From NCBI GenBank assembly GCA_041737125.1, contig JBGSSJ010000014.1:134375-193758 (forward strand): a stretch of 59,384 bases of DNA, given 5' to 3'. This stretch comes from Minisyncoccia bacterium. GTDB taxonomy: Bacteria; Patescibacteriota; Minisyncoccia; Phycocordibacterales; UBA9973. Positions 16,595-26,151 of this stretch are shown here, piece by piece. The position numbers and the translations under genes were made by a program. The notes beneath the pieces were generated by a model that was not told where the DNA came from, searched no databases, and was given only the letters and a program-made list of their open reading frames with translations. The stretch's first letter is position 1. Each line of letters begins with the position of its first letter.

Positions 16595-17386
16595 ATGAAT
16601 AAATTAATAAAGTCTAGTTTCGTTCTGTTCTTATTAATCGGGTTCGGACTCTCATTATCAGCAAATACTGCCTCTGCGGTGACATACATGCCAGGTTGTA
16701 ATGCAAACACTATATACAGTGCTACAACAGGGAAGAAGTGTATTCCTCTAACTGTGAAGGGCGTCTCTACTCTTTCTAATGAAGTGGAAATCTTAGATGA
16801 TGAGGTACTACCTACATTGCCTGATACAACACCTCGCATCGCTTACTGGTGGGGTAAGGTGAATCAGCACGTAGATAATGAAGGGAACTGGCTGACAGAC
16901 CCAGATGGTACTTCTGGTGCAAGTATAGACAAGCTCGCATATTGTAAGAAGTGGTACCCGAACACTATAAGAGTAGAAGCCTATAAAACCGAGACTATTA
17001 ATACTTGGAGCGCAGCTCGTAATAGAGGTATATACTCTTATGCAGTTGTAACTGATAAATGTGTGCAAGATTCAACGTCATTAGAAAAGCCTACTATCAC
17101 AGTAATTTCTCCGAATGAAAGCAGTAGTTTTATTTCCGGGAATGATATTTCTCTTTCTTGGTCAAGCATTAATGCTCCATCAAGTGCTGTTGTCGATTTA
17201 TATTATTCGTCTTGTTCAGATGGATCATGTCCTTCCAGTTTGATTAAAAAAGGTTTAAGTCCAACTGGAAAAATTACTTGGAAAGCCAATCTTGATACAG
17301 GATTATATTATATAAATTTTGATTTACGTAACAATCAAGGAATAGGAAGTTACACACTTGAACAAAAAAAATCCGTATTTATATAA
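16595..17386 (+). CDS. secreted repeat-domain cell-envelope protein, 5' reading frame (ends 12 nt after an A8 tract)
   Basis: Signal peptide MNKLIKSSFVLFLLIGFGLSLSANTASA; first copy of the ~79-aa PRIAxxWG...YCKKWYPNT...TDKCVQ domain. Confidence 0.8.
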   Translation: MNKLIKSSFVLFLLIGFGLSLSANTASAVTYMPGCNANTIYSATTGKKCIPLTVKGVSTLSNEVEILDDEVLPTLPDTTPRIAYWWGKVNQHVDNEGNWLTDPDGTSGASIDKLAYCKKWYPNTIRVEAYKTETINTWSAARNRGIYSYAVVTDKCVQDSTSLEKPTITVISPNESSSFISGNDISLSWSSINAPSSAVVDLYYSSCSDGSCPSSLIKKGLSPTGKITWKANLDTGLYYINFDLRNNQGIGSYTLEQKKSVFI

Positions 17387-18888
17387 ATTCAATTGAATCC
17401 TCTTCTGTAACAGTACTTTCTCCTAATGGCGGAGAAACATATACAGCAGGGCAACAGATTAATGTTAAGTGGGAAACTAAAAACATACCACCTTCAGATG
17501 AATTAAATGTGACTTTAATTCATAATGCACCTGCACTGTGTGTAAATTATACTCTAAAAACAAAAAATACCGGTTCTGTTAATTATCAATTAAGTTCTGG
17601 AGATCAATGTGCTGGCTATGGTAAAAATTACAAAATAAGTATTACAGCAGTAAACGATAGGAATATATATGATCACTCTAATGATACTTTTACAATTCAG
17701 GCTGTAGTACCTCTTGATCCGACACCTCGTATTGCAATGCGTTGGGGTATGGTTAATCAGTATGTAGACGCGCGAGGTAATTGGATTAGCGACCCAGATG
17801 GAATTTCTGGCTCAAACATAGACAAACTTACATATTGTAAGAAATGGTATCCAAATACCGTAAAAGTAGAATCTTATAAAAGGGAAATGATTGTGTGGAA
17901 GGAAGCAGGCAATAGGGGTACATATTCTTTTGAAGTTCTTACTGATAAATGTATACAAGGTGAACCGCCATTAATTCCTATGGTTAAAGTTCTTTCTCCA
18001 AATGGTGGAGAAGTGTATGAAGAAGGACAGAAAATAACCGTTAAATGGGAGACTAAAAATATTCCAATTACTTCAAGAACAGCTATAGTTTTGCACGACA
18101 AGAGTAATGGTAATAAGGGCTGGAACGTCTATTCAACGAATGATGGGGAAGAAGTTTTTACCTTACCAGTAAGTATCTATGATTGGAATATTCTTAATCA
18201 TGGTAAAAATTTTGAAATTATAATTTCTTTTAGCTCCATTGGCACTCCATATAGAGAAGATCAGCTTGTAGATTATTCTGATAGTACTTTTACAATTCAA
18301 AATTCAAAATTAGACCCGACATCTCGCATAGCATATAAGTATGGTCTTGTTAATCAGCATGTAGATTCACAGGGTAACTGGCAGACAGATCCTGATGGAT
18401 CATCAGGCGCAGATATAGATAAGCTTACATATTGTAAAAAGTGGTACCCCAATACTGTAAAAGTGGAACAATACAAAACTGAGACTATAAATACATGGCG
18501 AGCAGGAGGTAACTACGGTTTGTACTCTTACACAGTTATGACTGACAAATGTGTTCAAGAGGGTGGAGTACCTCCGGGCAAGACTGACCCATCAACTCTC
18601 GTATCACTCATTACCAACGGCTGTGCTGGTACAAAATACAACACTAACACAGGTGAACTATGTATAAACCAGACAACTCCTAAATTCACTAGGACTCTGA
18701 AAATTGGTGTACCTAAAAGTATAGAGGTGCAGGAATTACAATCTGTTCTAGGTATTAAAGCAGATGGTATATTTGGTAAAGGTACTGCACAAGCGGTGAA
18801 AGACTGGCAGGCGCTTCAAGGCCTTACAGCTGATGGAGCTTTTGGTCCAAAGAGTTCTAAAATATTATTAGAACAAATAAGTCTTTAA
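17362..18888 (+). CDS. continuation of the same protein in the -1 frame: SPNGGE modules, two more domain copies, C-terminal peptidoglycan-binding domain
   Basis: The frame is open from 17362. Homologous modules (SVTVLSPNGGETY...KWETKNIP) lie upstream of the tracked GTG at 17509. C-terminus has ADGIFGKGTAQAVKDWQALQGLTADGAFG. Confidence 0.75.
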   Translation, partial: TKKIRIYINSIESSSVTVLSPNGGETYTAGQQINVKWETKNIPPSDELNVTLIHNAPALCVNYTLKTKNTGSVNYQLSSGDQCAGYGKNYKISITAVNDRNIYDHSNDTFTIQAVVPLDPTPRIAMRWGMVNQYVDARGNWISDPDGISGSNIDKLTYCKKWYPNTVKVESYKREMIVWKEAGNRGTYSFEVLTDKCIQGEPPLIPMVKVLSPNGGEVYEEGQKITVKWETKNIPITSRTAIVLHDKSNGNKGWNVYSTNDGEEVFTLPVSIYDWNILNHGKNFEIIISFSSIGTPYREDQLVDYSDSTFTIQNSKLDPTSRIAYKYGLVNQHVDSQGNWQTDPDGSSGADIDKLTYCKKWYPNTVKVEQYKTETINTWRAGGNYGLYSYTVMTDKCVQEGGVPPGKTDPSTLVSLITNGCAGTKYNTNTGELCINQTTPKFTRTLKIGVPKSIEVQELQSVLGIKADGIFGKGTAQAVKDWQALQGLTADGAFGPKSSKILLEQISL

Positions 18889-18893
18889 AATAA

Positions 18894-18929
18894 ACAAAAT
18901 ACCTCCAGCCTAGGCTGGAGGTATTTTGT
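18894..18929. terminator. bidirectional terminator hairpin (17-bp stem)
   Basis: ACAAAATACCTCCAGCC-TA-GGCTGGAGGTATTTTGT between convergent genes. Confidence 0.85.
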
Positions 18930-19634
18930 TTACTTTAACTCTAAAGATTTTAGAAGTTCATCTAACTGATTACCTTTAATTTCTTCAAATCCACCGAAGG
19001 GGATTTTGCCTATTTCTATATTCATAATGCGGATGCGGCGCAGGTCGATAACTTTGTGGTGTAGAGCCTCACACATACGGCGAATTTGCCTCTTCTTGCC
19101 CTCTGTGAGGATGATGTGGAAGGTGTCTGTATTCTTGCGCCATACTTTACACTTCTTACTGACAAAGCCATCGAACTTTACACCATTTCCCATGAGCTCT
19201 ATGAATTTGTCGGAAATGTTCGGTTCTACTCTGACTACATATTCTTTTTCATGCACATACTTGGGTGATAATAGTCTGTCTGTCATACGGCCATCATTCG
19301 TCATGATGATGAGTCCATGTGAATCTTTATCTAGTCTACCGATAGGGAAGACTTTCGTAGGGAATTTCGTAACCTTAAGAATATCTTTAGTCCCTATGTC
19401 TGGATTGGTGGATATACCCATCGACTTATTGTATGCATAATAGACCAAGTCATTCTTTGCTCCTTTTTTACTTACTTCTACTTTGTCACCTTCTTCTACT
19501 TTGTCACCGAGCACTGCCTTCTTACCATTAATAGTAACTAAGCCCTTTTTTATAAGGTCATCAGCGCCTACGCGAGTGGCATAGTTATGTAATGCTAAAT
19601 AGCGATTAATTCTAATTGGATAAGTGAAGTTCAT
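18930..19634 (-). CDS. pseudouridine synthase, RsuA/RluB family
   Basis: N-terminal S4 domain plus GRLDKDSHGLIIMTNDG catalytic motif. Confidence 0.9.
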   Translation of the reverse strand: MNFTYPIRINRYLALHNYATRVGADDLIKKGLVTINGKKAVLGDKVEEGDKVEVSKKGAKNDLVYYAYNKSMGISTNPDIGTKDILKVTKFPTKVFPIGRLDKDSHGLIIMTNDGRMTDRLLSPKYVHEKEYVVRVEPNISDKFIELMGNGVKFDGFVSKKCKVWRKNTDTFHIILTEGKKRQIRRMCEALHHKVIDLRRIRIMNIEIGKIPFGGFEEIKGNQLDELLKSLELK

Positions 19635-20790
19635 CTTGTGAATGTCTTAATTTTGGTATGTAATAAAGTGCGCTTAGTATCAATAAACCAAGTACTATAA
19701 ATAAATATTTAAATGGTAGGAGCGTTAGTACTGCAGTTCCTAGAAGTGGAGCGATAAGGTATGCAAGTGGTGACATGTCACGGAATAGCGATAGCAAGTG
19801 GGCATCCTCTTCTTTTACATGAGTGAAGAAGTATAGCTCAGATACAGCTTCTACTGTCGCAGCACCAACACGTGTTATGAATAGTATCATAGCCCAAAGG
19901 ATAACACTATCTATCTTAATGAAAGATATAGACATAGCGCCTATGCTCATGATAAGTATTCCTAGTCTTATAAGTTTGGTTTTATGTAATTTATATTTCT
20001 CCACTAGGTAGCCTAGGGTGATAGGCATGATGACAAAAGGTGCAAGCATTATAGTGAATATAATAGACAGACTCTTCCACGTAAAGCCAATATGTTCTAT
20101 GAGGTATATCGGTGTATATATGACCATCCAGACATAGAAGAAGTGAAGTATAAAGTTTATGATATTTATAGATGCAAGGTGGTGCTTCGTTCGGAGAAAT
20201 TTGTAAGCTTGCATGAACGGTACTTTGTTATAAGTTGCATCGTCGAATGATGGTATCCATATCATAAGGCCGACCATGGTGATGATAGCAAGAGCCAAAG
20301 ATACTTCATAGACAGCATTATAGCCATTACCTTGTAGTGTTAGGAACCCAGTTATGAAAGGGGAAGCTAGCCAACCAATGTTATACATAGTAAGGTAGAT
20401 GCCTCTTGTTTTCATAAGAGCATCCCTATTGCTGAAGTGTTCTACGAATATATCAATACAGAAGAAGAATAATGTATTCGTAACATTGAATATTATAAAA
20501 GAAGCACCTATTAGATAAGGGTTTATTCCATAAATCATCCCTGATATTCCTAATATATTCATGATTAGGAATAATAGAATCAGTTTTCTATTGCCCAAAC
20601 TTTTAAGTACTTGGGAGCTTTGGGACAAGAATACTAGAGCAAGAACAGATGAAGCTGTGAATATAAGACCGACATACTTGGCAGATATAATCTCAGTTAG
20701 AAATGTAGAATTCACGTATGCAGCGATAGCCACATGCAAAGCAAAAAGGAAGGATAGTATATAAGTCTTGTGTATTTTTTTAATTACCAT
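19612..20790 (-). CDS. MFS transporter
   Basis: About 12 TM segments; 392 aa. Confidence 0.75.
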   Translation of the reverse strand: MVIKKIHKTYILSFLFALHVAIAAYVNSTFLTEIISAKYVGLIFTASSVLALVFLSQSSQVLKSLGNRKLILLFLIMNILGISGMIYGINPYLIGASFIIFNVTNTLFFFCIDIFVEHFSNRDALMKTRGIYLTMYNIGWLASPFITGFLTLQGNGYNAVYEVSLALAIITMVGLMIWIPSFDDATYNKVPFMQAYKFLRTKHHLASINIINFILHFFYVWMVIYTPIYLIEHIGFTWKSLSIIFTIMLAPFVIMPITLGYLVEKYKLHKTKLIRLGILIMSIGAMSISFIKIDSVILWAMILFITRVGAATVEAVSELYFFTHVKEEDAHLLSLFRDMSPLAYLIAPLLGTAVLTLLPFKYLFIVLGLLILSALYYIPKLRHSQDELHLSN

Positions 20791-20791
20791 T

Positions 20792-22840
20792 TTATACAGA
20801 TAGTAATACAGGTATTACGAGGGGTCTTTTTGCTGTTTTCTGGTAGAGGAATTTAGATATATTATCACCGAGGGCAGTTTTTATAGAGTCGAAATTTATC
20901 GGGTTCATGTCACGAGTCCCATCTTCGATCGTCTTCTTGATTATTAACCTTACTTGGTGAAGTAATTCTTGATTCTCTTTTAGGTAGATAAATCCACGAG
21001 AGATAATATCTGGAGATTTACGTAATTTACCTGTCATTGAGTCGATAGTTGCGATAAGTACGAACATACCGTCTTGCGCAAGCATCTGCCTGTCACGTAT
21101 TACAACTTCTTGTTCATCTCCTACAGAAAATCCGTCAACCATCATAGGACTAGAAGGTGCTTTGTCTTTACGCATGGAAATTTTGGTTCCATTATCTGTG
21201 ATCTCTATGATTGATCCATTGTCAGGGACTACTATGTTCTCTTCAGACATACCGAGAGACATAGCTATCTCTTTGTGTTTGACTAGCATTGAATGCCATC
21301 CGTGTATAGGAATGAAGAATTTAGGGTGAGTCTTCCTGTGAAGCCACTTGATGTCCTCTTGGTTACCGTGTCCTGTCGCATGGATTGTCTCTTCACTTGT
21401 TCTGTAACTGATTATTTTGACTCCATGACGAGCTAGGTTATCCTTCAAATGCTGAACAGATATTTCATTCCCTGGAACAATAGAAGCAGAAAGGATGATA
21501 GTATCTCCGGCACGGATTGTGAACTTCTTGTGGGTTTTATTAGCAGCACGATTTAGCGATGCGAATTCCTCTCCTTGAGCTCCCGTCATAAGGACTATAA
21601 CTTTATTCGGTGGGTAGCTATCAGCATCCTCGACTGGTATGATTGTGCCTTTCTTTGGTTTAAAGAGCCCTGCTTGTTCGCAGACTTCCATATTTGTCTT
21701 GAGGGATCTACCATCAAGCACTACTTTCTTGCCGAGGGCTTCTGCAGTTTCCACTACTTTTACAAGGCGAGTGATATGGGAAGCGAATGCTGCAATGATA
21801 AGGCGTCCACTACTTGCACGGATGAGTTTACTTAAACCTTCATTTACCTTTGATTCAGGTAAAGAGAATCCTTCGTTTTCGATATTTGTTGAATCTGTTA
21901 GAAGACAGAGAACATTTTCTTTGTCGAAGAATGAATATTCCTTCTCTTCCTCGTCTGAGACTTTGCCGTCTATTTGGTCGAGCTTGTAGTCTCCTGGGGT
22001 GACTATAGATCCGTAAGGCGTTTCTATTATGACACCCATAGAGTCAGGAACAGTATGTGTAACTCCGAAGAATCGCACTCGGATATCACCTGCGTAAATT
22101 ACAGAATCTTTCTCTACTATTTGGCAGTTGAGTGCAGGTAGATGTGCGAACTCCTCCTGTCTTTTCTTCATAAGAAGGATAGAAAGGTTACGAGAATATA
22201 GTGGGGGATTGCCAATACGACTCATAACCAAAGGTATGCCACCTATGTGGTCGAGGTGTCCGTGTGTTACGAACATGGCGCGTATCTTGTCCTTCCTTTC
22301 TTCGAGGTATGTAGTGTTCGGTATGATGTAGTCTATGCCTGGTGTGTCTTCAGTTTTGAATTGCATGCCAGCATCAACTACTATGATGTCATTACCTATC
22401 TCTATAGCAGTCATGTTCTTACCTATTTCTTCTACTCCACCAAGAGGGATAATTCTGATTACTCCAGGTGCTGGTGGGGGGATAAGGTGAGTACGCCTCT
22501 TTTTGACCACTGTATCTTCTAGCTTTTGTGCAGGCCTCGCTTCTGCTCGAGGGCGTCTGCCACCTTTATTATTACCATATTGGTAACTACCACGACTGCC
22601 TTTGTTCGCAGTATTCTGTGTGTTCTTATTGTGGTTGGTATGTGGGGCATGTTTTACACCTGTAGTAGATGTGTTTGTGTGTGTTGCTGAACTAGGCCTA
22701 TGTGTAGGGCGAGGTGTTGCTCCTGTCCCTGCTGTTGTTCTTTGGAAATTTGATTTATTCCCATGGTATGGACGAGGTGTTCTGCCACTTACGTGTGCTC
22801 TTGGTTTGCCGTTATCTTGTGGCTGTTGTATTTGATTCAT
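20792..22840 (-). CDS. rnj: ribonuclease J with a ~120-aa low-complexity basic N-terminal extension
   Basis: Metallo-beta-lactamase HGHLDHIGG, beta-CASP layout. Confidence 0.9.
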   Translation of the reverse strand: MNQIQQPQDNGKPRAHVSGRTPRPYHGNKSNFQRTTAGTGATPRPTHRPSSATHTNTSTTGVKHAPHTNHNKNTQNTANKGSRGSYQYGNNKGGRRPRAEARPAQKLEDTVVKKRRTHLIPPPAPGVIRIIPLGGVEEIGKNMTAIEIGNDIIVVDAGMQFKTEDTPGIDYIIPNTTYLEERKDKIRAMFVTHGHLDHIGGIPLVMSRIGNPPLYSRNLSILLMKKRQEEFAHLPALNCQIVEKDSVIYAGDIRVRFFGVTHTVPDSMGVIIETPYGSIVTPGDYKLDQIDGKVSDEEEKEYSFFDKENVLCLLTDSTNIENEGFSLPESKVNEGLSKLIRASSGRLIIAAFASHITRLVKVVETAEALGKKVVLDGRSLKTNMEVCEQAGLFKPKKGTIIPVEDADSYPPNKVIVLMTGAQGEEFASLNRAANKTHKKFTIRAGDTIILSASIVPGNEISVQHLKDNLARHGVKIISYRTSEETIHATGHGNQEDIKWLHRKTHPKFFIPIHGWHSMLVKHKEIAMSLGMSEENIVVPDNGSIIEITDNGTKISMRKDKAPSSPMMVDGFSVGDEQEVVIRDRQMLAQDGMFVLIATIDSMTGKLRKSPDIISRGFIYLKENQELLHQVRLIIKKTIEDGTRDMNPINFDSIKTALGDNISKFLYQKTAKRPLVIPVLLSV

Positions 22841-22849
22841 ATTTTTATT

Positions 22850-24649
22850 TTATTTAGTAAAGATTTTCCATACATGATCTTTCTCTGCGTACCAGTTGTG
22901 TATAGATACGAATCGATCAGATGGATTTGTTAATGTATTTAATTGTAAATTATTTAATTTTGGTAATGTTGCGTATAAGTACTTTGGTGAATAGATTAGT
23001 AGGGCAGGAGTGTCTTTATTGAACTCATTCACAAAGCTTTCGTATTTATCCATGCGGGCACTTTTATCGAGTGTCTTCTGTGCAGATTCAAGTAATGCAT
23101 CTGCATTCTTGTTGCTATACATGGCAATATTGAGGCCTGGATCTTGCCTCTGACTTCCATGCCAGAAAGAATATAGATCGGACTCGTGGTTTATAATTTG
23201 TCCGAAGAATAATGCTTCATAATTACGACTACGTATATTCTGGCTGAGTGGACCTGGCTCATGTATCTTCACCTCTATCTCGGCGCCCACTTTCGCAAGT
23301 TGTTCCTTTATAAGCATGGCCGCGTCCTTGAGCTCTGGTGTGTCGCCTGTAGTTATGGAGAATGATAGTCTTGTTACTGGGCCGTTATTGACTGGGACTT
23401 TCTCTGTAACTGTTTTCTTGCCTACCTTTTTAGTCCTTGTGACTACTGATGATCCACCTTTTACTCTTATGCCATCCTCTTTTACTATCCATCCGGCTTT
23501 GTCTAGTATATCTCTTGCTTCTTCAAGAGATAGAGTTATGTCTTTCTTTGTATTAGTATCTTTTGTCGTAATACTTGGAACTGGACTATCTGAAACACTA
23601 CCGTAACCATATAATATTTTATTAATGAGCTCTTCTTTATCGAGAGCCTTATCAAACGCTCGTATAACAGATGTATCAGCAAGAACTTTATTATTATTAC
23701 TATTAAAAAATAATCCAAAGATACGAGGGAGTTTTGCTTCGTGAATACTATAACCCGCCTCTTCTATATCAGAAGCATTCTCAGGGGAGAGGCCACTTGC
23801 TTGGTCTATATCATTCGACAACATGGCTTTGATTAAATCCTTCTCATTTGCAAATGACACCATAGTGAGCTTCTTGATATTGGGTACACCGAGAGCGAAA
23901 TCTTTATAAGATGATAGCTCGTATACTTCAGGTACTCCTTCTTTGTCTTTTGATACAGAATTTATCTTGTAAGTACCGGAACCAATCGCCTTAATATTAA
24001 GTGTAGATAAATTAAATTCTGCAGGATTGATATTCTTCCATATATGCATTGGTAGTATGCCAATAACTGTATTATCGAGGAATGATATATATGGCTGATT
24101 AAGGTTGAATACTACAGTGTAATCATCAGTCTTCGATACACTGATACCATCCCAGCCTAGCTTCCTAGGGCTCTTGATAAGAGGGTCTTTTATCTTCTCT
24201 ATTGTGAATATCACATCATCGGCTGTGAGTTTCGCTCCGTCGTGGAACTTTAAATCCTTCTTCAGGATGAAAGTATAAGTCATACCATTGGCAGACACTT
24301 CATATGATTCTGCAAGGTCTGGAATGAATTCTCCTTCCGTAGTCTTCCTCATAAGGCCACTGTATACGAGTGTAGTGAGGTCTTTATCTGCATCAGATAG
24401 GGCAAGGACTGGGTTTACTAGTGTTGGTGTGCCTATGATTCCTTCTGTAATGGACCCTCCTTTTGCAGGGACTTCCACCATGAAAGAGTTGTTGAGCTTA
24501 CTTACAATCATGACCATAGAGACAAATGCTACAAGTAGAGCGAATACCCAGATTTGATACTGTTTCTTAGAAAAGGATGCTTTTGCATCGAATAATTCTT
24601 GTTTCTTTGGGATTTTAAATTCTTTTATAAAGGTAATAAGATTACGCAT
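22850..24649 (-). CDS. ABC transporter substrate-binding protein, family 5 (peptide/nickel type), membrane-anchored
   Basis: N-terminal TM segment, then SBP_bac_5-like sequence (KFHDGAKLTADDVIFT). Confidence 0.8.
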   Translation of the reverse strand: MRNLITFIKEFKIPKKQELFDAKASFSKKQYQIWVFALLVAFVSMVMIVSKLNNSFMVEVPAKGGSITEGIIGTPTLVNPVLALSDADKDLTTLVYSGLMRKTTEGEFIPDLAESYEVSANGMTYTFILKKDLKFHDGAKLTADDVIFTIEKIKDPLIKSPRKLGWDGISVSKTDDYTVVFNLNQPYISFLDNTVIGILPMHIWKNINPAEFNLSTLNIKAIGSGTYKINSVSKDKEGVPEVYELSSYKDFALGVPNIKKLTMVSFANEKDLIKAMLSNDIDQASGLSPENASDIEEAGYSIHEAKLPRIFGLFFNSNNNKVLADTSVIRAFDKALDKEELINKILYGYGSVSDSPVPSITTKDTNTKKDITLSLEEARDILDKAGWIVKEDGIRVKGGSSVVTRTKKVGKKTVTEKVPVNNGPVTRLSFSITTGDTPELKDAAMLIKEQLAKVGAEIEVKIHEPGPLSQNIRSRNYEALFFGQIINHESDLYSFWHGSQRQDPGLNIAMYSNKNADALLESAQKTLDKSARMDKYESFVNEFNKDTPALLIYSPKYLYATLPKLNNLQLNTLTNPSDRFVSIHNWYAEKDHVWKIFTK

Positions 24650-24698
24650 AAATGCATGTAAATAGATTTAATTTAAGGATGATATTAGGGAACCAATA

Positions 24699-24932
24699 TT
24701 ACTTAACGAGTATTGCAGTAACTGCAGAAATAACAAAAAGTATCGCAACTACAATAGTTGTAACAAATAGAAACTTTTCGAAACCACGTCGTGTATGATA
24801 CAGTCCACCACCATCTCCACCTCCAAGTACGCCACCTATACCACTGCTTGATTGCTGGAGTAGGACTGCGACCACTAAAATAATCGATAGTATAATCTGT
24901 ATATACGGTAATAAAGTAGCAATAATCGTCAT
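24699..24932 (-). CDS. secG: preprotein translocase subunit SecG
   Basis: 77 aa, two TM segments, LLQQSSSGIGGVLGGG motif. Confidence 0.8.
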   Translation of the reverse strand: MTIIATLLPYIQIILSIILVVAVLLQQSSSGIGGVLGGGDGGGLYHTRRGFEKFLFVTTIVVAILFVISAVTAILVK

Positions 24933-24983
24933 AGGTCCTATGGTACTATATTTGGGTCAATATTGCAAATAGCCATATTGGTA

Positions 24984-24989
24984 TATAAT
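24984..24989 (+). promoter_or_regulatory. -10 TATAAT, 6 nt before ATG 24996
   Basis: Sequence match and spacing; TTGCAA lies 15 nt upstream. Confidence 0.4.
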
Positions 24990-24995
24990 AAAAAT

Positions 24996-25520
24996 ATGAT
25001 TTATTTTATAAGGCATGGAGAATGCGAAGCAAATGAGAGGAAAGTATTTGCTGGGCAGAAAGATGATTCTATTTTAACGGAGAAAGGCAAAGAACAAGCC
25101 AAATCGACAGCAAAAGAGATAATATCAACAGGGATAAAGATAGATAGAATAATAAGCTCTCCTCTAAGTAGGACAATGGAAACTGCTCATATAGTAGGTA
25201 GTGAGCTTGGTTTTGATAATTCAAAAATAATAGAAGATGGGCGTATTATCGAGTATGATCTAGGGGATTTGTCTGGGAAGCCATGGAATCCAGTTATCGA
25301 TTTGGTGGGGGCAAAAGGTGCTGAGGACCCATATGCTTTTAGGGATAGAATAATGTCTTGTATTATGGAGTTATCCAAATTAGAAGGGAATACTCTACTC
25401 GTAAGCCATGGCATCGTAGCTAGAATGCTGAAGACCATAAAAGCTGGTAATGATATAAAGACCTTCAACGGAATGCCAACACTAGAAAACGCTTCTATCC
25501 TAAAAATAGATTGGGTTTAG
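24996..25520 (+). CDS. histidine phosphatase (phosphoglycerate-mutase-like) family protein
   Basis: MIYFIRHGECEAN, SPLSRTMETA, LVSHG. The tracked TTG start at 24963 lies inside the promoter, so ATG 24996 is preferred. Confidence 0.85.
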   Translation: MIYFIRHGECEANERKVFAGQKDDSILTEKGKEQAKSTAKEIISTGIKIDRIISSPLSRTMETAHIVGSELGFDNSKIIEDGRIIEYDLGDLSGKPWNPVIDLVGAKGAEDPYAFRDRIMSCIMELSKLEGNTLLVSHGIVARMLKTIKAGNDIKTFNGMPTLENASILKIDWV

Positions 25521-25563
25521 GGAAGGTGGGACACTCATGGGTTGAATGTACCCCCTAATTAGC

Positions 25564-25592
25564 TTGACATAATCTTATATTTATGCTATTAT
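25564..25592 (+). promoter_or_regulatory. promoter TTGACA-17-TGcTATTAT
   Basis: Near-consensus boxes. Confidence 0.5.
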
Positions 25593-25649
25593 TTGACATG
25601 TAAAGTTCTTTTTATAAATCCGAGCTAGTCATATGAAAACCAACGACTT

Positions 25650-26024
25650 ATGTCCTTGCTTGACCTATCACTATCTCAAAAAATCAAAGTTATGACAGAT
25701 TATTGGATTTCTTTCGGGTTGATTTTTTGCGCCTTTAGTTTCTTTATGGGCTACATTTGGGGTAACTCCAAAAAGGGTAGTTTAGTAGACTACACCAACG
25801 AATTACCTAATGGGTACATGAAGGTAATTTGTACCGATAAAGTTTCTTCTGTGTTGGAAGAAATAAGCGTCGGGAAAAAAAGGTTCCTGGTTTCCACAGA
25901 AGTTTTCGGACAGTCAGTTCGGCCTGGTGATACTGTCCGTAAAATAAAGGACTGTAAAGAAGCCAAAAATCTAGGTATCAAGGTTCCAGGATACCCTCCT
26001 CTTATTAAAGAGGACATTCTGTAA
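25650..26024 (+). CDS. hypothetical membrane protein (124 aa)
   Basis: ORF with one TM segment; start uncertain. Confidence 0.4.
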   Translation: MSLLDLSLSQKIKVMTDYWISFGLIFCAFSFFMGYIWGNSKKGSLVDYTNELPNGYMKVICTDKVSSVLEEISVGKKRFLVSTEVFGQSVRPGDTVRKIKDCKEAKNLGIKVPGYPPLIKEDIL

Positions 26025-26080
26025 CAGAATAAATTCTGGCATCTCTCCAGTAATTGTCGTAGACAAGAGAAAATATAACT

Positions 26081-26110
26081 CAAGACCCTTATCTTTATGA
26101 TGAGGGCTTG
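26081..26110. terminator. hairpin between convergent genes
   Basis: CAAGACCCT...AGGGCTTG with one bulge. Confidence 0.5.
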
Positions 26111-26151
26111 TTTATTTTACACTGAAGTAAAGACAGTGCCTGCAATATTTA

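Noticed and set aside
24963-24995. Upstream TTG/GTG start extensions (also 31604, 42298, 48877, 30308)
   Set aside because: The extensions overlap -35/-10 boxes. The internal ATGs give family-typical N-termini and match the recurrent 6-7 nt promoter-to-ATG spacing.
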